The notes below the pieces were generated by a model that ran no database searches, was not told where the DNA came from, and worked only from the letters and a program-made list of their open reading frames with translations. Positions 51,601 to 64,000 of a stretch of 64,000 bases of DNA are shown piece by piece; position 1 is the stretch's first letter; each line of letters opens with the position of its first letter. Where the stretch lies: NCBI RefSeq assembly GCF_032062105.1, contig NW_026938254.1, forward strand, positions 310,001 through 374,000, given 5' to 3'. A program made the position numbers and the translations under genes. This DNA comes from Saccostrea cucullata (Eukaryota).

Positions 51601-54600
51601 TAGTAAAATTTAAAGTATTTAATTGCATTAAACTTTCAGTAGATCGGAAGAACTGCTAGTATGTTCGCTGCAAAAGAATCAAAAAGTTTATTTTAAAATA
51701 AAAAAAAAAACAGCAAAATGAACCAAAATCCCTCCAAATCATGCACAGAAAACATACCACTGAGCTATCGTCTTTACAACTGTTTGCCTTTTCTTTGAGC
51801 TAAATTGCACAAAATACTGTTTTAAATACGAAGAGCGATGACCCAGAGATATATAGATAATTTATATTAAGGTGTATGTGAAAATTTGATATTTTTTGTA
51901 CGAAATTACACATTTATCTATATTTCAAAGTATATTTTTAATTGAGCAAATCAAAATATGATATCTGGAAATATTTCCCTATACTCCAGAAGAACCCGAT
52001 TCATCAATAGAATTAATGAAATTTTTCTCTTTTCAACTATGCCTAGATTCATAACGAATGCAACTGAAAAGCGCCCTGTCGTCCTTTAACAATTATACAT
52101 GAATAGATAATTCAAAACACCCCGCGCTGAATCTCGAATGCACGGTAGTTGGAAACCGGTCAATGACCAGTACTTTTATCTACTGAGTTTTTTTTTCTTT
52201 TTGTTTATTTGTAACCTAATAAATCACAAAACATATTTCTATATAATTTGTCTTTTTTTTTCAAATAGATGATTGAATTACATTGATAATACTGCCTATC
52301 CCCAAACATGTTTTTGTTAAAATTAACTTTAAGAGTAACTTCAATGTACATGTACTTTAAGCTATATTCCTTTTAGATTATTCACAATTTGACGTCAGAG
52401 TCCTTTATGTACAGTGACATGTTCTAAGTTATCTTTCTGTAATGTGATACCCATGCCAGTATTGTAGACATGACATCATAATGAATTGATATAAAACGCA
52501 TACGAACGACTTCCTCTAAAGGCGGCGTTTGCTTACTCTAGAAATCAATTAAAAGAATTCGTTTAGTGTTGAATAGTAAAGTTTGTTTTGAAATAAATGC
52601 TAACAATTATTTTCAACTCTTTGCTATTATAATGTTCTCGTAAATACATCCCTAATATTTTTTATTATATCTATATATATAGTTTGGCACTTTATTAAAA
52701 TGTGAATCTTGATTTAATTGTTGAGTGGAGACCCTATTCTGTATGACAATCATTGCAGATAGATTTGGTAATAACTTGCTGATTTGAAACTTTAAGGCGT
52801 TTTGTTTCTTATATTCTTATTGAAAACATTGGGCCTTCTTAGTGACCTACTCCTTCACCAGAGATCACGACGAGAACGAATTACCGTGGTATATCGGTAT
52901 ATTTAAACACATTTTATTTGACACAAATTAAGGATTTTTGAATAAAATATAAGGAGATAACGAACAGTAATTACAAAAGTACACTAAGCAATACAAAACA
53001 TGAGCAAACTAAACACGGACCGAGGTGGGATCATGTGCCATGGAGGTGTAAGCAACCTGCCGACCGGTCACACCTATCATGTGCTCCTTGTCATCATGTT
53101 CGGGAAATAATGGATAAATCAATGTGTAAATATCGGCATAAAATCTAAATTTTGAAAAAGGGCGGTCAGCATTTGATCTATTGAAAGATTGTATTTGCTG
53201 ACACGGTCATTGTATCGACCATCGAACTTAAGAAATGCTGACTTTAAACAAGACTGTTTATTTGTTTATTTTCTTGAACTAATTTGTTAATACTTACCTC
53301 GTTTTAGAAATATTGCTACAAAAGTACACTGTAAGGGACGTTGACGATCAAAAAGTTAAAGTCATCTATTTTAATTATAACGCTTTGTTGTTAGATTACC
53401 ATTAACGTCTTTTTCAAGTAAAATATCTAAATATGAAACAGATGTTTTCAGACTCTGTTATATCTTTTATTTAAGGAATGAATTTAATAGCTAGCCCCAA
53501 CCCAGTTTATACCGTCTAAAATGGGTAGCTATTAAATTCATTGCTTATAATTTAATTTTCATTCATTTGATGTAAGAAAAACGATGATTGTTCTAACAAA
53601 AATGACTTCAATTTGTACAAAATTTGAATGTAACGTCAGGCGGATTGATACGTTTTTGACGTAGGCAACCCATTTTATACGATATAAAGTAATTTTTTAT
53701 CCAATCAAATACAGCGTTACAACCAGAATTAAATTATTTAAAAATACATCGTGTCGACATAAGAATGGGAATGTTATTAACAATACGCCGTCGGTATATC
53801 TAATTGTCGAGTTGAAAGCTTCAGCATATGTTTTCTTCTTTTAACGTATAAAATTTTAAACAAATTCTGCTTCGTATCAATACACAAATAGGTGTGCTAA
53901 TAACTGGTCGCAATTGGTACCTATGCGAATTCCGACATATTTTTGGAAGATTTGACCCCAAAAGGTACATAGATATTGTTTATCAGAAACTAAAGCATCT
54001 TTTTAATATCAACTTCAGAGTACTTGTGGACACAATCAGAATGATTTTTAACAAAATAATTTTGCAAATGATCAATGACTAGGTAAACTATATTTATGAA
54101 TTCCATAAAAACGAGGCCTGCACTTTAATTTTATCATGGAATGGTTGTATATAAAGTTGAATAGTCGTAAGTTTTTATGTTGTTGATTTTGGTAAAATGT
54201 TGTGATTTCAAATTTTCCAAAATTTCCTAAACTTCTTTAAAAATTCTTCTTCACTACTGTTAATATTTGAGGAATATAGTAAGAGGCTTAGTGGTAGAAC
54301 ATTTTCTGGAACCCTTTATGAATCTTTATTTGTAAGGATTAATATGTAGTTTCGGAATCCCGTATACGTATGGTAACTCTAATTCGTTGTTGGAAATATT
54401 ATGAAAATTAAAATTGACGTATGGATTTAAAGATTTTCCTCCTTACATAGGGTGCTATGGGTATAAGTTCGAAACCTCTTGTAGGATTAATTCTCAGTTT
54501 CTCTAAAATACAACGTTACTAAACAATAAGCCTTACAAACAAAGCCAATGTTGTTACCTGTTTTTCAACAAGGAGCAGTACAAACTGGTCTTTTAATCTA

Positions 54601-56279
54601 CCTAATTCTTTTTTTCATTTTTGAATTATTGAACACAGAAAGATAGGTGGTTTCATTCTGCCCCTTAATCTAATGACACAGTGGAAACCATTCAACGGTC
54701 TCAGGTTGTTTGAAAGTGGACACATGAATGATTATGAAACCAAATAAATGGTGAAGCTTACTTTATTTATTAAGAACATAAAATACTCGCCTGAATATAA
54801 TTTTAACATTGGGTCTGTAGTAGTTATGGCGTAAGCGAGCAGCGTATCCACAGTTACAGAAGACCAGTAGTCCGGATAAGACTGATCACCAGTTATTTTC
54901 ATCTTGACGGAAGAAATATTTTTGTTTCATTATTTGTTTCATTTCTTTTTGGTATTGCCCAATCAAATGTCAAAGTAAAAATAAGTGTTAGGTTTTGGGT
55001 CCCTGGTTCACTACATATAGTTTCATATAAAATTGTACGATATACAATTCAAAACTAGAGGTACCGTGAGCACTGAGGTCACTAAATGATACCTCGCCTC
55101 CTATATTATTATAACAGCTAAGTCCAGATAAAAGGAAAATAGGAGGTGCACAGTGGCATTATGTGAAAAGAATATGTGAAAGTATCATTACATTTTATTC
55201 AGTGGTATAGGAGGAGTTATAGATATGAGATGGGCAACCTTCAGTATTATAGAAAAATGGTAGTGTCAGTGTTTTGCTATGGGAAACCCAGAATACGTGT
55301 CTGATCAAAAAGTAAAATAACAGATGCACAATGGCATTATGTAAAGTCTCATTAAATTTCATTATTTTTACGAAATTCAAAGTATACTTTCGTACATGTA
55401 AATTAAAATTATACCACACTGGACTAAAATAAATGTATTACCTTTGTTACATAATCTCAAATTAATCAAACAATACTTAAACATATACCTAGATAAGTCC
55501 AACGTTTTCATATGTAAAATACCTGTGTTTTGGGCTCTGAATGACATCATTAAATTCTGAGTGATGTCTCGGTGTTTACGTTTGTAATATTGAGAACATT
55601 TGTAGCTGTTAAATACCGAGTTATGTCACAGATGTTTATTTGCACCTGATCACACCTCCCTGATGTTTTTTAGGTCCGTATTTGAGGACTACTTTAAATT
55701 TTTAATGTTTACATGGACTTTTGATCTTATGACTGTTTATTATCTACATATTTAATTGAAATATATCTACATGTAGTATGTCGCGGATATTTCTTTTCTT
55801 TAGCAGTATATGGTCTGTTATATAAAATACATGGGAGCGATATGATTAAATGTAAACAAACCATACTTTTACAAACATTTTATATACTAGTAGATATAGA
55901 AGTTCGTAAGAATATTTTAATGGTTTTTAAAAAAATATTTTTATCCTTCCTTCTTGAAGGTAACTCTGGTTCACTCTCTCATTTAGATGACGTAGAGACC
56001 AAATGCGATACATTAATACTAGTCTCAAATGACGAATCAGATAGCAATTGTCCTTAAATGGAACATAAGTTTGGTTTTAGATATTTTTGATTAACATTTC
56101 TGTAAATGGATACCAAACCTTTTTTATTTCACGTCACTAAACTATTAAAATTTTATCCATTGCCCCAAGTTAATTTTTAATTCAAAATCACTGAATTTTG
56201 CCAAAGGAAATCCTTCATAATCATAAGTTTGGTTTTAGATATTTTTAACATTCCCAACAATCGAAATGAATTTGAAATA

Positions 56280-57700
56280 AGAAACTTAACTGGATCCATA
56301 CAAAGGGAAAAACAGTGGGATCCACGCAGTAATTGTTAGCAAGATACCAAACCTTTTTTATTTCACCTCACTAAACTATTAACAGCAGTGAAGGAGAAAC
56401 CTCAGGAGTACTTGTCAACAATACATCTAAAAAGTTGAGTAAATCAGATGTGGATACTTAAATACATCAAGTTAATTTTTAATTCAAAATCACTGAATTT
56501 TGCCAAATTGGATAAACCAAAAACCTTAGACTTTTCAACACTGATACAACCAGTGCTCGATAAATAAATTAGAGTTCTGGCTTTTTGACATCATAGAGCT
56601 GCTGTTTTGTCTTTGACCATTTGAAAAATCATTTGGTTAAAACACATTCTGATTGTACTCATAAGTATTCAAAAGTACTCTGAAGTTGATATTAAAAAGA
56701 TACACGAGTTCCTGATCAACATCATCTATGTAGCTTTTGGACATCTGATCTTCCAAAAATGTCGGAATTCCTATAGATACTAATTGCATCCTTAATTAGC
56801 ATACCTAATTTTTTATTCATATGAAGCCAGACTTTATTCAAATCTTATAGACAAAGGAAACACTAACAAACAGCAGTGAAGATAGCCTTTTATTATGTCA
56901 ATGTTTTAATAAACATTATTTTTTGATATACATCGAAAACGTATTATCGGATTAATAATTGTTACTTCTTTTCAAAATATGCAAACTCGTAATATAAGCA
57001 AGAGACTTGAAATAAAGGGAAACTATTGTTTTTTTTAATGTACACACCTATTTCTTCTTAAAGATATTTTTCGTTGAAAAAAAAACGTTATTAGCTCCTT
57101 GACAATAGAACATTCTGATTATCATCATCTATGTAATTTTTGATCCATGAAAACTTTTGTAGCAATATGCCTTAATCACCTGCATATTGAGTTTATGTCT
57201 TCCACTTGATTCCATTCGCAAGAGCATGCTTTACGTAAAAACATTATTTTTACTCAGATAAGTTTAATTTTGACAAACAAAGAAATAAAACAAGTTATCA
57301 TAAAAGGCATAAGCAATCTCAAAAAGGTTTGTTTTGATTAATTTATGAGTTATTTTCTGTGCAAATCCGTTTGTATCCTTCAAAATCGTTTCGGTGCGAT
57401 TCTGCAATTTTTTGCTACATTGCGAGTATATGGGTGGTATTCTAACTGTGGTGAGGGCTTGTACCGAGACACAGTTAGATTATTCTAACTAAGGAAACAC
57501 TTGCCTTCAACTCAACATTAGATATACATCGAAAACGTATTATCAATTAATAATTGTTACTTCTATTCATTACCATTATTTATATACCGAATTTTTCCCC
57601 GATCACGACATAGAGCATACGGTAGGTATGTCCGTCGATAGGGAATACTTACTCCTATTTGGCACGAAAACCCACCTCTGATTTTTTAAGGGGTTAGTGA
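56280..57700 (+). mobile_element. Decayed Penelope-like reverse transcriptase remnant; related fragments at about 14270-14500 (+), 52950-53300 (-) and 55640
   Basis: Fragments translate as KTLDFSTL and GIPIDTNC. The shared tail motif is GTGACCGGTC...ATGCTTACTCCT...GGCAC...ATCCCACCTC. Confidence 0.5.
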
Positions 57701-59313
57701 TATCTACAGCCCTAACTGTAGACTCCTTCTATAGTCGCATCTCTACTCCCCGTGCTCTGATTTTCATTAATACGAATCTACAACACATGAGAGCATTTTT
57801 GTCAATTCATAGTCCTTCTTGAGATTTCCCCCAGAAACCCATACTTTAGTCCTGTTCCTGTCGTTGGGATTTACTATTTAACATGCTTAACTCCACTATG
57901 CTTGAAGATAGATTTGGTAATAACTTGCTGATCAGAAAGACGTTTCTTATTATATTTCTATGGGAAACATTGGGGTTCTCGGTGATCTACTCTTCCACCA
58001 GGGAACATGACTAGAAAGAATTTCATTTTACACAAATTAAGGATTATTGAAATTGAATCAATGGAGATCATCCAACTCTCTCAGCTACACTTGAAAGTGA
58101 TCAAATGTATGAATAATTATTTAGCCAACTGAATGTGAAACTTTTTTATTTAGATTATAGGATAAATACCAGACGGTCTGTAAGAAATTGTCATGAATAA
58201 AATTTGAACTAAAACTTAATCAGTAATGATGGAAGTGGGGTTTTATGGTCAACCAGTAATCCGTGAAAGACTTATGAACAGAGGTATATTTATCTTTACA
58301 GTAGACATAATTCTATTATTGTTTAATACTTAATCATGTTAATAGTGTCCAGTGAGGAAAATATTCAAACTGTTGGTATGTCCGATTTGTAAGGGTAAAC
58401 TTTGAACACATAGACTGTATTGATGGACATTTAAATACATTACTTTGATTGCAAAATAAACGGAAGTAATGAAAATCATCTTACGCTTTTCTATAGTGTA
58501 CTCTATGTATATATTCTTTGCTTCAGATGTTACGTCAAGTTAATCTTACATCCATTGGTTACTACTGACTATTACAATGCCTCTGATGCTGCTTTATTCA
58601 GAACTCTCTAGCTGACGTGTGATTTCTAAAAGATTTCTGAAAGAAGTTCAATTTTATTCAAATTTCAACAACGAAAAAATTACAAAGCTGTAGGGAAGAC
58701 AAATTATCACTCATTTCAAATGCTGTAATTAACAAATACCTTATTGCTGGTACATCAGGTAAGGGCAATTTATTCTCAGGTAAATATTATTCAAGCAATG
58801 TTATCTCGACATAAGTCATTGAATCTGTACTTCATACGGAATTATTCATTGGACTGATGGGAAAATCGAGTGTAGTTATCATAAAAGTAGTGTAGTCACG
58901 CTGCTAAAGCCACGTGTACGCTAAACAAGTTCTGTTTATTTTCTATAAATATAAAACATCGACAAGTAAAAATTTACATGTACTATATATCATACCATGA
59001 AAACATGTTATTAAAATATATTTCACTGTACAACTGACAAGAAATTGGACAAAAGATATTTCGAGTCTCATGTTAGTTTTTAAACTATACATTTGTTCTG
59101 CATCATAAAAAAATATTCATTAGTATTTCGAGTACTCCTTATCACTAATTATCAGTGATATTAACTGACATGATATTAAGTGAGATAAGGTATTCACCAA
59201 GTGTTTGTTAATATCAGTATGAAGAGGTTTTGCATTGTTTGAAAAACATATTTACAAATCAATGACTTCATATAAATTTGCCCCGATGGTTTCAGTTTTA
59301 CGTCTCTCCTCCC

Positions 59314-60348
59314 TCAGTGGCCTTCGTCCTTAAAGAACTGTAGTCCTATTACAAGTCCAAATCCCACGATTGTGAACACGACCTTTGATAAATTACGCCC
59401 TTTCTTGAGCTCCTTATTTAAGATCTCAAAGAATGTCACGTAGATGAAGGAGCCGACGGACAGACTCTGGAGCACCCCTGCAGCAATGCTCTCGCTATGA
59501 CTGTCCTCTCCAGTTTCCGTGACGATGTAACCAATAACAACACCAATTGGAGCAACGATCGAAAGCAATGTTAAAGAAACGAGAATGGATCGAAATTTCT
59601 TGAAACCTTCAGCTAACTGTAGCCCGACACTGAATGCAACAATGCATTTATGAATGGCTAATATTCCAAGAAGTTTCCAAGTATTTGGATCTGATCTCTG
59701 AAGACCGACGGACAGACCTTCAAATATCATGTGGAATGACAGCGCCATGAGAAGAACAACAGACCTGAATGCCAGGAATTCTGGGTCGTGCATTTCTATT
59801 TCTACTTTAGGCTCCTCTTGGCCAGGAATCGAGATTATTGCCTCCTTTTTGGTGTTATCCGAAGTAATTGCACCATATTTCACATTTTCTGAACAATCAC
59901 AATTCTTATCCAATTGTTTTTTCTCTGATACATTTAAACCAAACGTGCTCGTTTTCTCGTTTGCTTCTTGATATGTATCTATATGGACTGGGTTTTCATG
60001 TCCAATATCATGTATATGATGCGAATGCCCGTAACCGCAAGTCCCAATTATATGCTCAATCAAAAGAATAAGGAAGAACCCAACCCCCGTCAGCGCCTCA
60101 GCAATTGGATAGTCAAAGGAAACAGATTCCTCAAACATCTCCACCGACTCTGGGAGTAAATGCAAAATGGCTGTTCCAAAGAAGACTCCACCTGCAAAAC
60201 AGTTCAGAACTCCAATCCATTTCTTAAGCTTGCTCTGAGAGGCTAGTTTCTTCTCAAAGAGTTTCAACATTGCCAAGGGCAATAGCCCTATCAGAAACGT
60301 AACGAAGAAGAGAATGAAAATGGACGCAATTTTCGCCACAGATGCCAT
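59314..60348 (-). CDS. ZIP (SLC39A1/2/3-like) zinc transporter, paralog B, intronless CDS
   Basis: The first ATG is at 60348 (MASVAKI, aligning with MKSTAKI of paralog A). It has the same TM4/TM5 motifs and a His-rich loop GHSHHIHDIGHE. Confidence 0.95.
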   Translation of the reverse strand: MASVAKIASIFILFFVTFLIGLLPLAMLKLFEKKLASQSKLKKWIGVLNCFAGGVFFGTAILHLLPESVEMFEESVSFDYPIAEALTGVGFFLILLIEHIIGTCGYGHSHHIHDIGHENPVHIDTYQEANEKTSTFGLNVSEKKQLDKNCDCSENVKYGAITSDNTKKEAIISIPGQEEPKVEIEMHDPEFLAFRSVVLLMALSFHMIFEGLSVGLQRSDPNTWKLLGILAIHKCIVAFSVGLQLAEGFKKFRSILVSLTLLSIVAPIGVVIGYIVTETGEDSHSESIAAGVLQSLSVGSFIYVTFFEILNKELKKGRNLSKVVFTIVGFGLVIGLQFFKDEGH

Positions 60349-63300
60349 CCTAAGCTCGAATAATCGGGACTGACACAAAATTCTTATTTAGTCTGAGGAT
60401 TATATCGTAGGAAATAACTCCAAATTAGCCCCATGTGATTCATCGCTTATTTGAGAACACCGAACCGTGTGCAGCACTGAGCAATACGTACACGCATCAG
60501 CTATTTCAATTTTTTTTTTCCTTCCATTTATCACCATCAATTAAATTTTTCCTTGTGGTAATCAGCGTCGATTAGTGTACAATCATATACATGTACATCT
60601 CGTTTTCTACCCTGCAAAATATGAATAAATAAATCTATGATAATCTAATTAATTAATTAATAACATAATTAAAGTAAGTCTTGACTATTAAGGAAAAAAA
60701 ATATACTTAAGATATCTTTTTTTTCTAAAAAATAAAATAAATAAATAAGAAAATTGAAATATATTTACACATCATGTAACATTTTCCTGTGAATGACAAA
60801 TTCGAGCACTATGTAGGTAAGTATGATAGCACATATATAAACATACCATGTATCAATCATCGTAAAGTTAATAAATCATCATAGAAATTGTATCCCTTAT
60901 CTCACCTCTGACAAAACCAGTTATATTATATCTTATCAGCAACACAAACTTAACCAACGTACAATAATGATTTTTAAAAATTACTTTCTTTACATTTGAA
61001 ATTATAAGAAAATTGACTGAAAGAATACCTGTTTTAAATAAAGGGGAATGTTTTATGACTCATGGACATATATTTTGAAAATAGAAGTTCTTAAATCATA
61101 AAGAAATAAAATAAAACCATCAAATAAAATATATACAATATACGGTAAACATCTTACGTAATTATTTTGGGTTAATTCAAAATTAACAACTATTTCTAAT
61201 CCTGAACACATCCATCAAAATATCAAAATATCGTCGATCCTTTTTTCCGCGAGGGATTTTACACACGAGACCAACATTCTCCTGTAATTTTTCTTCTTTT
61301 TAAGCACAATTCCTAGACCACCATACGTGAAGTAACAAGATCATTAAAAATGAAGATGAAAAAATATTAAGGAAGTCTGTCTGTACATATTAACATTCAA
61401 ATCAATTAATGTATTAAATTACGTAAGAAATTGTATTGTGGTTATTTTTTATCGAGTCCGTTTAACAGAATTAGACATACCTGTACATGTATTAAAATTG
61501 CTCCAGAAGGTTATATTCATTTCTGCTTAAAGTGTTGTATTTATATATAACATCATATCTGATATCTTATATCAACTCACCTCATTCAGTACGTTTTCTT
61601 GTGATTTTATGTCTACAGATACCACATGTAAAACAGTCCCATTAATCGTCGAATTAGCAATTCATGTTGATTCACTCCTGAAGCAATGGGAGAAATAGTT
61701 GTGTAAACAAATCAAATGTATTTTATTCAAGTGTAAAACACAGTTATTTCACTCCAGTGGACGTGTGTTGTAGAGAATCGGGCAATGGGGTGACAGTTAT
61801 CTAATTAACTGTTAAGAAAGGGGTCGAGTGTACTACATTTGTATTTATATATACATTTGTACGTACGCCGGGTAGAGACGTTTCGTTTGGTGAAATAAGT
61901 GACCGGGTTAAAATCTTAAGACCACTTCCATAATGAATTTAATGCATATTTGTTAGACCATATTTTTATATTCAGTCATATTCTATTCTTGACTCAAATA
62001 AGTATGGATAGATTGGTAAAAAAAATGTACACGTAACAGACGGACGGACAGCTAGACGTACGGACGGACATCCTGATTACTATATACCCTCCTTTTCAAG
62101 CGGGGAACACTTACTAAAGTTATTCAAAAGATTTTTATCATATTAAATGTTCTCTTTTTATTCTCATTCAAAAATTGACTTTCTTGGGTCCCGCCAATAC
62201 TCAAGGGGTTATGACGAAAGAACTACGTACGCAATTTCTTGATTCCCGCCCACATTTTACACCTATTTAATTCAATATTAATGACAATTTTGCAATAAAA
62301 TCTTTGTTGACTGAAAAGATCTGTTCAATTATAATTGATTAATAATTTTAATACCAGTGTAAAATAGATAATTATCCCTTATATTCTAGCTCTTTAAAAA
62401 AGGGGGGTAGATATTTTCCGTTGAAACCGGGCTTTACACCATCACCGTATTTCAAAATATTTTTGAATGTGAATAAATGTTCCTTACCTCTTTTCTTATG
62501 TTTTAAGCATATGAAATTAAACATTTATCATTAATAAAATACTGTTTTAGTTGTTAACCCCTTTGAAATTGGTGAAAAATTAAAACTTTTGTCATTTTTT
62601 TGTCAGTAAACATATCCCCCCCCCCCGTGAAACACAAAAAGCTTTGGTATGAATTTGTGAATTGACAGTCTATATTACCTGTATAAAGGAATTTTTGTTT
62701 CACGGGGGGAGGGGGGAGATGTTTTAAAAACATTTTCTGTTTTCCGTTGATTTCTATAGTGAAAAACGCGAGTTTTACCTAAATTGTAGGGTTATCTCTC
62801 TTTGTTTTCCCAAATAAGTAATGTTTTATGGAAATTCATGTAAATATGAATATAAATATGGAAAATCATTCAAATATATTAATTTTTGAAAATTGACTTG
62901 GAGGTAGGCGGGAGAACAATACTATCGTTCGTAGTTCTTTGAATCTATGCAAGGTATAAGATGCTTCGTTATCAACATGACTTACATACAGAGTTCTGTT
63001 CATGAGACTGAGGACTCCCGCCCTTGAAAACGCTGATATAAATGCAGTAAGGAAAACTGGTCCTGATTTAAAAACTCCTGTCCTTAACCAGGGTCCATAA
63101 ATGTAAAAATACGAGTCCATACAATTTTAAAACAAAAGAAATCACACTTAACTATGGTACAGTTAAGTGTGAGCCATTGTGGTCTTCTGCTCTTTTTAAA
63201 GTATATTTCTTCAAATTTTCTATATACACAATTGTATGTACTTATGTAACTCATTCAATCACATGTTAACTTATTTTAGGCATATGGTATAGCTCATAGC

Positions 63301-63519
63301 ATGTTGATGTTGTTTTCATATCCACGGTTGTGACTTAACAATGGCCTTTGCCTGAATTCAATTAAGTAAAATATCCTTGATAAATACATATAAAACTATC
63401 TGAAATTTTAAAATAGTTACTTATGTACGAAATGTGATAAAAAGATAATCCCGTGGTTTGTGGTTAAATGTGTGTTTTTATAAACCAGCCCGTGTGTTTT
63501 TTTATTTAGCCTCTTTAAA

Positions 63520-63688
63520 GGTGCATGGACACAGATTTGAAGTTAATATTTCTGTATAATATCAATACATATATTTTAATAGATTTCACACAAAAATATA
63601 TTTAAAAATTTTATGTGTGAAATGCTATTAAAATGTATGTCGTAATATTATAAGAAAATATTAACTTCAGATCTGTGCCCATACACCT
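63520..63688. mobile_element. Kolobok-like palindromic MITE
   Basis: TTAA(A)GGTGCATGGACACAGATTTGAAGTTAATATT ... AATATTAACTTCAGATCTGTGCCCATACACC(T)TTAA. Confidence 0.7.
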
Positions 63689-64000
63689 TTAAGGCTTTGC
63701 GAGAAGAACACACACCTTTCTGGAAAAAGAAAAAGAGACAATTATCATCAAAGAGAGATCCCAGTTGAATCCTAATTTACGCCCCAGACTTCCCCCAAAG
63801 CCATGTATTTAACAAATTTGAATCTGTTCTACATCAAAATGCTTGCATATTAATTTACGTATTCATTTCCCCTTGATTCTTGAGAGGAATTTTCTATTAC
63901 ACGGTTATATTTAAATGATATACATGTATTTAAGCTTGCTCTTGCCTCCCTATTGTGACCGTATGTAAACCCATAAGGCAATGATTAACACAAACATAAA

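Noticed and set aside
56280-57700. Hammerhead ribozyme associated with the Penelope-like remnant
   Set aside because: I found no CTGANGA...GAAA core with supporting stems by eye; a covariance-model search would be needed.
60467-60473. MTF-1 metal-response element (TGCACAC, minus strand) upstream of ZIP paralog B
   Set aside because: A single 7-mer match is expected by chance.

Overview
This is AT-rich eukaryotic DNA with spliceosomal introns. The repeat families resemble those of bivalve molluscs such as oysters (inference from repeat motifs only). I can support seven protein-coding genes, and I assembled the spliced models by hand with consistent intron phases. They are: (1) an intronless membrane-anchored Mab-21/cGAS-fold protein with a degenerate catalytic triad (906-2987 +); (2) a 10-exon DEG/ENaC channel (4303-12238 +); (3) a 3-exon C15orf40/DUF167 homolog (12775-13719 -); (4) a 3-exon NR2C2AP with a U12-type AT-AC intron (17197-23816 +); (5) an 8-exon CENP-H-like gene (25511-38680 -); (6, 7) two ZIP zinc transporter paralogs with intronless CDS (48843-49820 -, 59314-60348 -). 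The rest is densely packed with non-autonomous elements, often nested, whose TIRs and TSDs fit hAT, Mariner, Kolobok, Harbinger, EnSpm and IS3EU-like groups. There are also Helentron-type satellite carriers and Penelope and non-LTR remnants. Three observations stand out. First, a 361-bp miniature LTR retroelement whose LTRs each contain a tRNA-like gene. Second, two independent minisatellites built from 5' splice donors of the CENP-H-like gene, one of them open in the host reading frame across about 21 repeats. Third, the pseudo-enzymatic cGAS-like receptor lies directly upstream of an ion channel. No database searches could be run, so all family calls rest on motif recognition.
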